64,000 bases of DNA from Malacoraja senta (taxonomy: Eukaryota). The first letter of the stretch is position 1; every line of letters begins with the position of its first letter. This document shows, piece by piece, positions 38,332-48,908 of the stretch. Both the position numbers and the translations under genes were made by a program. The stretch covers positions 3,350,001-3,414,000 of the forward strand of contig CM075993.1 in the NCBI GenBank assembly GCA_038087875.1, read 5' to 3'. Under the pieces are notes generated by a model. It did not search any database and was not told the DNA's origin. It saw only the letters and a list, made by a program, of their open reading frames with translations.

Positions 38332-40200
38332 TATGCATGTAGTTTGTTTGTTTATATTATTCTTATAACAAATGTAAAGCACTTTGGCCAACGAGAGTTG
38401 TTTTTTAAATGTGCTATATAAATAAATGTGACTTGACTTGACTTGTGATAATAAATGATCAATCGATCGATCAACAACTTTGGGGGCATTTCTCCATCAA
38501 GCATTAGGAGACATCTTGCTGCTTCCTGCAACTGCCGCGACAATGTCAAGGGCATAGGATTTTAACAAGTTACTATTTATCCTAGATTGTTTCCCTTGCA
38601 AATGTTTACTGATCGTAACAACCCATTCAGAAACCTCTCGGTGACGTTGGTGGATGTTCATGATATAATTATATTCACATTCATGCCTTGGTTTATCACA
38701 TTGCAACGTACATCGGAGACTTGCTGTGATGTACAGTGATTAAGTCTCCGCACAGTAGTCATCGAACAGAAGCATTCTGCACGTAATTGCAGCTAAAAAC
38801 CAGAAGCACTTTGCGAGCTGTCTTTGACATCCACCCCGACAGGCAGATGCATTGATTCTATTGAAGATAGACACAAAACGCTGGAGTAATTCAGCGGGAC
38901 AGGCAGCATCTCCGGTGACGTTTCAGGTCGAGACCCTTCTTCAGACCCCGACACTTCACCGTTCCTTCTCTCCAGATTCCTTCGCTCCAGAGAAACGGGT
39001 TGGAAAATGTGATGAGAATCTCAGTCAAGGACGTGGGTGTGAAGCAGAGGGAAGTGAAGAGGGTGATGATCGGGGAGAGAGGTGGTCGGAAGGGAATTGC
39101 TGAGTTTCAGGTCTCGGCAGTTGAAAGTTCAGCTCCGGTAGTGGATTAGTATTTGGATTGAAGAAGAAGAGTCTAGAGTTAGAGAGAGGCGAATATCTCA
39201 AAAGACAGCAGAGTCGGAGAGGGATGTAGAGATCGAGAGAGGAAAAGCATAAAGGGAATTGAACAGAAAAAAAAATTATCTTGACCTTTCAAGATCCAAA
39301 GGCAATTAACAGCCAATGAAGTCCCTATTAAGTGTGGCTGCTGTCATAGTCCAATGGGAGTATGATAATGGCCAGATATTGTATTGGGAAAGGAGACTGC
39401 AGATGCTAGAATCCTCTGCAAATCACAAAGTGCTGTAGGAACTCAGCCAGTCAGGCAGCATCAGTGGAGAGAAGGAATTGGTGACGCTTTGGGTTGAGAC
39501 CCTTCTTCAGGATCTGTGGAGGGAATGGACAGGCAACTTTTTTGTGTTGTGACCCTTCTTCAGACTGAGGGGCAACAGAGAAACAGAGGTGGAGGGGTGT
39601 GGGACTGGCAAGTGATAGGTGGAATGTGCAGGAAGGAACAGCAGATGCTGGTTTACACCGAAGATAGACACAAAATGCTGGAGTAACTCAGCGGGACAGG
39701 CAGCATCTCTGGAGAGAAGGACCCGAAACATCACCTGACTCTCATTCTGAGGAAGGGTCTCGACCTGAAACGTCGCCCATTCCTTCATTCCAGAGATGCT
39801 GCCTGTCCCGCTGAGTCACTGCAGTGTTTTGTGTCTGTCTTGTGATGTGGGTGAATACAGGTGAAGGGGGTTTGATTGGAAGATGGATGGAGTAGGTGAC
39901 AAGGATTGGAAGTGAAGTGGAGACAAAAGGGTGTCCTTATACTTTAGACTTGACATTAGAATTTAGAGATACGGTGTGGAAAGAGGCCCTTCAACCCACC
40001 GAGTGCACGCTGACCAATGATCACCCCGAACACCGGCAGTGTCCGACACACTAGGGACAATTTACAGCACCGAGTTAACCTACAAACCTGCACGTCTTTG
40101 GAGTGTGGGAGGGCACCGGAGAACCCGGCGAAAACCCACGCAGTCACGGGGAGAACGTACAAACTCCGTACAGACGTGATCTCCGTATCGGAGAGAAGGG

Positions 40201-40477
40201 ACGGCACGGTGGCGCAGTGGTGGAGTTGCTGCCTTACAGCATTTACAGCGCCAGAGACCCCGGCTCGATCCCGACCACGGAGTTTTGTACGTTCTCCCCG
40301 TGGGTTTTCTCCGAGATCCTCGGTTTCCTCCCGCACTCCAAAGACGTACAGGTTTGTAGGCAATGTAAATTGTCCCCAGTGTGTGTAGGATAGTGTTGAT
40401 GTGCGGGGATCGCTGGTCGGTGCGGACTCGGTGGGCCGAAGGGCCTGTTTCCGTGCTGTATCTCTAAACTAAACTAA
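40201..40477 (+). mobile_element. HE1-like V-SINE (representative; many more copies, e.g. 5905-6540, 12852-13045, 16075-16335, 16970-17280, 33060-33368, 35845-36138, 63779-64000)
   Basis: tRNA-like head GGTGGCGCAG..GG / GTTCGATCCC-type boxes, V-domain-like GGAGTTTG.ACGTTCTCCCCGTG...TCCAAAGAC, CR1-like tail GGGCCGAAGGGCCTGTTTCC and (CTAAA)n. Confidence 0.85.
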
Positions 40478-42779
40478 GAAAAGGTGAAGTGAAATGTAAA
40501 GAGGGTTACCATTGTATTGGTAACGTGATAGTGAGTCTCACCTGATGCCATCTCCTCTGTCTCGTGTTTTCCACTGGTACCCGCGACTGTGTGTGTGGAT
40601 GTATTTGTAAACAGCCATATAAAACTAATTTACACGCCACGCTTTTCCTTATTACACATCACTCAACTATAGGGTTCAGCAGTTTGCCTTCGTGTTCATC
40701 GACTAGTGTAAATAATTCATAACTGTGAATCTACATGAGTTATTAGCCAGTTCCTGGTTATTTATAGATAGCGCACTTGCTATCTTTTATCAATAGCCCT
40801 GTGTCATCTTGGACAGCAGTGATTCACTAAACACAAAACAATAGTTCTTCTTTTATGACGCACTTTGTTCCCTCTCAGAGAGCCGGTTCTCTTCCTCCAC
40901 TGTCTCGATACATTTGAATGGCTGTTTATCTTGTGGCTATTTGTGTTCATTTTTATATTCATCTCGCAGACGGAGGCCAAAGCAAGACATCTGTTTCCAG
41001 AATCTGAATCTGAATCAATTTGTTGGCCAAGTGTGTCCGCATAGGGCGGTCACGGTGGGGCAGCGGTAGAGTTGCTGCCTTGCAGCGCTTGCATCGCCGG
41101 AGACCCGGGTTCGGTCCCGACTACGGGTGCTGTCTGTACGGAGTTTGCACGTTCACCCTGTGACCTCGTGGGTTTCCTCCCACATCCCAAAGCCATGCAG
41201 GTTAATTGGCTTCTGTAAATTGCCCCGAGTGTGCAGGATATGAAAGCGGCATAACATAGAACTAGCGTACTAGTCTCAGTGGGCTGCCGTATCTCCAAAA
41301 GAACTCTCCGAGTGAATTTGCGCAAGGGATGATTAACTGATAACAATTGTACCTTCTCCCCATGACCTGCGTGGGTTTTCTCCGGGCGCTCCAGGTTTCC
41401 TCCCACACTCCAAAGACTTGCAGGTTTGTAGGCTAATTGGCTTGGTATAATTGTAAATTGTCCCGTGTGTGTTTGTTGGATAGTGTTAGTGTAGTGGGAT
41501 CGCGGACCCGATGGGCTGAAGGGCCTGTATCTCTAAAACTAAAGCTATAAAAATAAATTTGGACTGTGGCAATCGTGTTTAACTAAAGTGACTGGGAGGG
41601 CAAAGGTGAGTATGGAAAGGGCACAAGTCAGTGCCCTAAGGTACTGAGGTCAAGTAAATGACTGCCAGTGCCAGGCAATGTGGGCTGATCAGTGACCCCA
41701 AGGGCAGATGACTGGTCAGTGATCCTGAGGTTAGAGGTCGGTGATCCCGGCCACTGAGGTTAAAGGTCAGTGACCACAAGCACTGAGGTTAAAGGTGAGA
41801 GATCCCCATGCAATGTAGGCAGACCATTGGCTCCAGGTTGAGCAGGTAGCTCAATGCCCATCACCCACCCTTCCCACCCAGACACCAAGGTCAGGGGTCA
41901 CTCACCTTAGGCACCAAGGTCAGGGGTTTCCTTGGAGATAGATCAGTGAGAGAAGACCAGGAGGCTCTGATAGGTGTAGTCGGAAGGAACTGCAGATGCT
42001 GGTTTACCCCGAAGATAGAGACACAAAATGCTGGGGCAACTCAGCGGGACAGGCAGCGTCTCTCTGGAGAGAAGCAATGGGTGACGCTTATTCAGACTGA
42101 GAGTCAGTGGAGAGAGGGAGACACCAGGATAAGGAAGGGTGAGGTGTGAAAATGAGACAAAGGGGACGGAGATCAAGGAAAATGTAGAACAAATCATTGT
42201 TAGTCAGGAGAAGGTGACAACGAAGCATACAGAGATAAAATTGAATCAGTGGAGACAGTCAGACTGGTGGGACAACTGGGAAGGGGGAAGGGATGGAGAG
42301 AGAGGGAAAGCAAGGGTTACTTGAAGTTAGGGACGTCAATGTTCCTACCGCTGCCCAAGCGAAATATGAGGAGCTTTTCTCACAGAGAGTTGTGAGTCTG
42401 TGGAATTCTCTGCCTCAGAGGGCGGTGGAGGCATGTTCTCTGGATGCTTTCAAGAGAGAGCTAGATAGGGCTCTTAAAGATAGCGGAGTCAGGGGATATG
42501 GGGAGAAGGCAGGAACGGGGTACTGATTGGGGATGATCAGCCATGATCACATTGAATGGCGGTGCTGGCTCGAAGGGCCGAATGGCCTACTCCTGCACCT
42601 ATATTGTCTATTGTCTATTGAGCTGTTCCTCCCATTTGGAATCTTCTGAATAGAATGGGCAGCTGATGACGGAGGTAGCAGCAAGTGACAAAAGGGTTTT
42701 TTCAATCGACCAGCATGGTCACGAGGGGGCAGAGTGGCCTCCGTCTGTGTTGACTAAACCGGCCTTGCTTCACTTCCAG

Positions 42780-42948
42780 TGCCTCAGCAGCCAGGACGTG
42801 GTAAGCCCCACCGGCGGCCCGGCGCACTCCAAGCCCGTCGGTCAACTCTTCATCCTCCTGCAGTACCAGACACTGGCGAACCGCATCAAGGTCATGGTGC
42901 GCAAGGCCGAGTCCCTGGGCCGTCTGACCCGCATCCCAGGATCACCAG
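42780..42948 (+). CDS. Synaptotagmin-like gene, exon starting C2B
   Basis: Acceptor CACTTCCAG, donor CAG|GTGAGG. 169 nt, phase 0 to 1. Encodes GQLFILLQYQTLANRIKVMVRKAESL, a typical C2B start. Confidence 0.9.
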
Positions 42949-42961
42949 GTGAGGGGTCGCG

Positions 42962-44060
42962 ACATAGAAACATAGACAATAAGTGCAGGAGTAGGCCATT
43001 CGGCTCTTCGAGCCTGCACCGCCATTCGACATGATCGTGGCTGATCATCCAGAATCAGTACCCCGTTCCTGCCTTCTCCCCATATCCCCATAATCTAACT
43101 CTCTCTTGAAAACATCCAGTTAATTGGCCTCCACTGCCTTCTGTGGCAGAGAATCCCACAGATTAGAATAGAATAGAATAGAATGCCTTTTATTGTCATT
43201 CAAACATTCCACAGAGATTCATAACTCTCTGGGTGAAAAGGTTTTTCCTCATCTCAGTCCTAAATGGTCTACCCCTTATTCTTAAACTGTGTGACCCCTG
43301 GTTCTGGACTCCCCCAACATCGGGAACATTTCTCCTGCATCTAGCCTGTCCAATTCCTTTAAGAATTGTATATGATTCTATAAGATCCCCTCTCATCCAG
43401 TGAATACAAGTCCCAGTCGACCCATTCTTTCATTATATGTCAGTCCTGCCATCCCGGGAATTAACCTGGTGAACCTACGCTGCATTCCCTCAATAGCAAG
43501 AATGGGAGGTCACCGCCAAGACACAGGGAGGTCAGAGTTGGATAGAGTAGGCTTGGACAGAGTGGATGTGGAGAGGATGTTTCAACTCGCGGGAGAGTCT
43601 TGGACAAGAGGTCATAATAGCCTCAGAATTAAAGGACGTTCCTTTGGGAAGGAGACGAGGAGGAATTTCTTTAGTCAGAGGGTGGTGCATCTGTGGAATC
43701 CATGGCAGTGGAGGCCAAGTCAACTGATATTTATAAGGCAGAGATAGATAGATTCTTGCTTAGTACGGGTGTCAGGGGTTACGGGGAGAAGGCAGGAGAA
43801 TGGGGCTGGGAGGGAGAGATAGATCAGCCATGATTAAATGGCGGAGTAATTAGTACACCCGTACTAATCAAGAATCTATCTATCTCTGCCTTAAAAATAT
43901 CAGTTGACTTGGCCTCCACTGCCATGGATTCCACAGATGCACTACCCTCTGACTAAAGAAATTCCTCCTCGTCTCCTTCCCAAAGTAATGGCGGAGTAGA
44001 CATGATGGGCTGAATGGCCGAATTCTGCTCCTATCACTTATGACCTTATGACCTTATGAG
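42962..44060. mobile_element. Cluster of CR1 3' fragments on both strands filling synaptotagmin intron 3
   Basis: CR1 peptides in ORFs 43196-43396(-) and 43400-43747(+), with CR1 tails. Confidence 0.8.
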
Positions 44061-44161
44061 GCAGCGAGCAGTCAGATCATGGGACCTGATTGTGACATTT
44101 CAGCAAATTGACCGACTCGATGTTGTGCACTAATTCGTCTTCTTCTTATGTTTCTTTGTAG

Positions 44162-44328
44162 ACCACTGCGTTATTATAAATCTTTGTAAAGATGGCAAAG
44201 TAATCTCCAGCAAGGAAACCAAAACTTCGAGTGGCTACAATCCTGTGTGGAACGCTCCATTTCTCTTTGACATCCCTTCAGGAAACATTGAAAGTCTGGC
44301 TCTCTCTTTGGAGTTCATTGTCATGCAG
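44162..44328 (+). CDS. Synaptotagmin-like gene, C2B middle exon
   Basis: Acceptor TTTCTTTGTAG, donor CAG|GTAAGG. 167 nt, phase 1 to 0. Encodes DHCVIINLCKDGKVISSKETKTSSGYNPVWNAPFLFDIP...LEFIVMQ, including the C2 NPVWN motif. Not in the ORF track. Confidence 0.88.
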
Positions 44329-45427
44329 GTAAGGCCGTAGGCTTCACTTAACCTGAGGCTCCCAGCGATATGAATATTGTGTAGGAAACTGGTTTAAACC
44401 GAAGATAGACACAGAATGCTGGAGTAACTCGGCGGGACAGGCAGCATCTCTGGAGAGAAGGAATGGGTGACGTTTCGGGTCAAGATCCTTCTTCAGACTG
44501 AAGAAGGGTCTCCACTTGAAACCTCACCCATTCCTTCTCTCCAGAGATGCTGCAAGTCCCGAGTATGAATATTGTCTTCTAGGTGCAGGAAAAAATGTTC
44601 CCAATGTTGGGCGAGTCCAGAACCAGGGGCCACAGTCTTAGAATAAAGGGGAGGCCATTTAGGACTGAGGTGAGAAAAAACTTTTTCACCCAGAGAGTTG
44701 TGAATTTGTGGAATTCACTGCCACAGAGGGCAGTGGAGGCCAAATCACTGGATGGATTTAAGAGAGAGAGTTAGATAGAGCTCTAGGGGCTAGTGGAATC
44801 AAGGGATATGAGGAGAAGGCAGGCACGGGTTATTGATTGGGGACGATCAGCCATGATCACAATGAATGGCGGTGCTGGCTCAAAGGGCCGAATGGCCTCC
44901 TCCTGCACCTATTTTCTATGTTTCTGTTTCTAACTTCAAGTAACCCTTGCTTTCCCTCTCTCTCCATCCCTCCTCCACCCTAGTTCTCTGACCAGTCTGA
45001 CTGTCCTCCTGATTACATTTTAACTCTGTATGCTTCGTTGTCAGCTTCCCTGAGCCAACAATGCTCTACTCTACATTTTCCTTGAACTTCGTCCCCTTTG
45101 ATGTCTCCTTTACCCTTCCATATCTCCGTGCCTCCCTCTCCCCCGACTCTCAGTCTGAAGAAGGGTCTCGACCCGAAACATCACCCGTTCCTCCTCTCCA
45201 GAGATGCTGCCTGTCCCGTTGAGTTACTCCAGCAGTTTGTGTCCATCTTACAGCTTTGTTACAGGAATTGGTGGCGGCTGAGGCCAAGGTGTTGAAGCAG
45301 TGAAATGCTAAGATGGTGGATGGTGTGAAGGCACAAGATCTACCTTGTTAAAGAAGACCACACCTTCCAACCCTGGAATCAGATCTCAGTTCAGTTTATT
45401 TTAGTTTATTGTCACGCGTACCGAGGT

Positions 45428-46380
45428 AATAATAATAATAATAATAATCATTTTATTTACTGGCGCCTTTCTAAAACCCAAGGACACCTTACAATGCATA
45501 GAATCACAAAAAAATACAAAACACATAATCGGAATAAATTAAATATAAAAACACCACAATACACAAATCAAGGACAGAATTCAATTTCAAGAGCACCAAA
45601 AGAAAATAAGAAACACAATTTGAGGAGAGAGCAGCGGCGACTAATTCGCGCCAGCGTCCACTCTCCCCTCCGACCGCCATCTTGTACACGGACTAACAGG
45701 CACAGCACACAAAATCATCCCCCCACAATGACCACCATTGTGGGGGAAGGCACAACGTCCAGTCCCCAACCCAGTTCTCCCCAGAGTCAGGCCCATCGAG
45801 GCCACCACAGTTGCCTCTACGGAGGCCCGATGTTCCTGGCCGTCGGGAGAGTCCTCGCAGCGGCTGGAACGGCCGGTTTCCCAGCGGAGTCGATGGCACC
45901 TGAAGCCGACAGGGCCGCGGCGATTTGGAGCCACGAGGCTCCCGATGTTGGAGTCGGCGCCGCCGCCCGCGGCTGGTCGCTCCGCAGTCCCGCAGCCCGG
46001 AGGTGTTGAAGTCGGCGGGCAGCCCCAACGCGTCGATCCAGCGCGGCGACCCAGGCAAGGCATCGCCCGCTACGCTCCCCGATAGCGCTCCAGCGCTGTG
46101 CCGCCACCGAAGCTGAAGGTGCTGGGCGGTCCCCGTCAGGAAACGGCGCTCCATGCCCGCTGGTAGGCCACGAGGACGGGTCGACGAGGCAGCCTGGAGA
46201 AAAAGCTGCCTCACCGACCAGGTAGGGACCCAGAAATAGTTTCCCCCTTACCCCCCCACATTAAAAGTCAAAACCCCCCAAACAAACAAAGAATTAAAAA
46301 ACACTAAAACTAAAGAAAGAGTGAATTTGACGGACGGCTGCTGTTTAGCAGCCGTTCCTCCAAGATGGCGGCTCCTCCTT
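45428..46380 (-). mobile_element. Second copy of the CpG-rich non-autonomous retroelement
   Basis: (AAT)n tail at 45428, short AGGTA duplication at both flanks, and it interrupts another repeat. Confidence 0.7.
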
Positions 46381-46797
46381 CAAGGTAGTCAAAAGCTTTT
46401 TCGTTGCGTGCTACGCAGTCAGCGGAAAGACTAGACCTGATTACAATCAAGCCGTCCACAGTGTACAGATACAGGATAAAGGGTCAAAGTCAAGGTCAAT
46501 TTTATTCGTCACATGCTCATCTCATGCAGTGAAATGAATTTACCAGCAGCGAAACACTTAAAAAGAACCCACAACACACAATTTAAAAAAAATTAACTTT
46601 TTAAATTGTTTTAATTGTGTGTTGTGTGTTCTTATTAAGTGTATCGCTGCTGGCAAATTCACTGTGGTGGAAGGCAACAACGTTCAGCCAGGGTATAATG
46701 TTTTGTGGAAGATGAGGATAGTCCAAGGGTCCAGACTTATGTGGAGTGTAGAAACTCATCTGATTATAATTATAACTCATCCCATTATAGTTACAGG

Positions 46798-48331
46798 AAC
46801 ATAGAAACATAGAAACATAGAAAGTAGGTGCGAGAGTAGACCACCAGGCCCATCGAGCCCGCACCGCCATTCGCTCATGGCTGAACACTAAACAGACACC
46901 CTTACCCACAAACAGTAGACACAAGACACAGAACACAAGACACTACCCTCCCCTTTATATCGCTATCACCCCTCTCCACCCCAAGAACCGCGTGATCTCC
47001 TGGGGGAGGCAAAAAACCGGATAAAAACCCAGGTCCAATTCGGGAAAAAAATCCGGGAAATTCCTCTCCGACCCCAATCCAGGCGATCGACACTTGTCCA
47101 GGAGATCACTCAGGTCTTACTATACTAACCATACCTAGGTCCATATCCCTGCCCTCTCCCCGTAGCCCCTTATCCCCTTGGCAGCTAAAAAACCATCTAT
47201 TTTAGATTTAAATATATTTAATGTTTCTGCTTCCACTGCTCCCTGGGGCAGTGAATTCCATAAATTAACCACCCTCTGGGTGAAGAAGTTCTTCCTCATC
47301 TCAGTTTTAAAAGAGCCCCCTCTTATTCTACAACTATGTCCCCTAGTTCTAGTTTCCCCGATCATTGGGAACATCCTCGGTGCATCCACCCGATCAAGGC
47401 CCCTCACGATCTTATATGTTTCAATGAGATCGCCTCTCATTCTTCTAAACTCCAAAGAGTAGAGTTCCAGCCTACTTAACCTTTCCTCATATGTCAATCC
47501 CCTCATTGCAGGAATTAATCTTGTAAACCTTCGCTGCACTGCCTCCAGGGCCAGTACATCCTTTCTTAAGTATGGACCCCAGAACTGTACACGGTATTCC
47601 AAATGTGGTCTCACTAATACTGTGTACAGCTGCAGCAAGACCTCCATGTTTTTATACTCAATCCCCCTAGCAATAAAGGCCAAAACTCCATTGGCCTTCC
47701 TGATTGCTTGCTGCACCTGCATACTAACTTTTAGTGATTCATGTACTACTACCCCTAGATCCCTTTGCGTTGCATTACAACGCAGCTCCACCTCATTTAG
47801 AAAATAACTTGCCCTATCATTTTTTTTCCCAAAGTGAATGACTTCACATTTATTAGTATTAAATTTCATCTGCCAAGTTGTTGCCCACTCACCTAGCTTA
47901 TCTATATCCTTTTGCAGACTCTTCCTATCCTCCTCATCCCCTACTTTTCCTCCCATTTTTGTATCGTCCGCAAATTTTGATATATTACACTTGGTTCCCT
48001 CCTCCAAATCATTTATATAAATTGTGAACAACTGGGGTCCCAGCACTGACCCTTGCGGAACCCCGCTAGTTACCGGTTGCCATCCCGAGTATGAACCATT
48101 TATCCCCACTCTCTGCTTCCTATTTGTTAGCCAATCCTCTACCCATGCTAATATATTACCCCCAATCCCATAATTTTTTATTTTTAGCAATAGTCTCTTA
48201 TGTGGCACCTTGTCAAAAGCCTTTTGGAAGTCCAAGTATACCACATCCACCGGTTCCCCTTTATCCACCCGGGTTGTTACTTCCTCAAAGAATTCGAGCA
48301 GATTCGTTAAACAGGACTTCCCCTTCACAAA
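46798..48331 (-). mobile_element. 5'-truncated CR1 LINE, second subfamily (open RT frame)
   Basis: DFQKAFD, GVPQGSVLGP and FADD motifs. ~330-bp 3' UTR with a (TTTCTATG)n tail. Confidence 0.93.
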
Positions 48332-48473
48332 AGCTGGAGAAGAGTTGTCCAGACAGAAATGTCTGAGAGTGGGCTCAACTGGGGAGATCTCGAAAGAACT
48401 GGCAACAACCAAGTGAGGTGGATGACATTTGTCAGTGGCCTATGCTCCCTGGAGGAGCAAAGGGCTTAAGAAG
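48332..48473 (+). mobile_element. RTE-clade LINE 3' fragment
   Basis: Translates SWRRVVQTEMSESGLNWGDLERTGNNQVRWMTFVSGLCSLEEQRA*, resembling RTE C-termini, followed by a TAAGAAG tail. Confidence 0.65.
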
Positions 48474-48758
48474 ATTATAGTTACAACTCATCCCATTATA
48501 ATGATCTCATCCCATTATAATGATCTCATCCCATTATAACTACTCAGTGGCACAGCTGGTAGTGCTGCTGACACTCATTGCCACAGACTTGAATTCATTC
48601 CTACCCTCAGGTGTTTTCTGTGTGGAGTTTGCATGCTCTCCTGTTGGTTCCATTTTATCCTCTCCGTCTAGGGGGGGGGGGGGGGGCGGTCCCGTATCTC
48701 GCGGGCGATGAATCCAGACCCAGTTGCTCGATTGCAAATCTCTCCTCTCTTTCCCCAG

Positions 48759-48908
48759 GGCCGTATTTACACCAGAAGCTGTGTCCTGGGCCGGGTCCTC
48801 ATCGGGGCCGATGCCCCCGAGATGGGGAGGATGCACTGGAAGGAGATGTCCAGCCGTGGCCACGTGGAAACCGCGCGGTGGCACGCCATCCAGTCGGACG
48901 CTGTGTAG
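48759..48908 (+). CDS. Synaptotagmin-like gene, last coding exon
   Basis: Acceptor CTCTTTCCCCAG. Encodes GRIYTRSCVLGRVLIG...GRMHWKEM...ARWHAIQSDAV*, with the synaptotagmin C-terminal HWxEM and WHxL-like motifs. The spliced total with the 15399 exon is 445 aa. Confidence 0.9.
   Translation, partial: GRIYTRSCVLGRVLIGADAPEMGRMHWKEMSSRGHVETARWHAIQSDAV

Larger units (their letters stand above)
36362..38445 (+). mobile_element. L2-type LINE 3' fragment interrupted by Tc1 copy 2
   Basis: LRWLPVRFRIHFKILLYVYKALNGLAP peptide. The tail resumes after 38333 and matches the copy at 19045-19580. Confidence 0.8.

Noticed and set aside
45494..46214. Several 100-170-aa ORFs in the CpG-rich element
   Set aside because: Not conserved in frame with the paralogous copy at 9328-10302, and no domain motifs.
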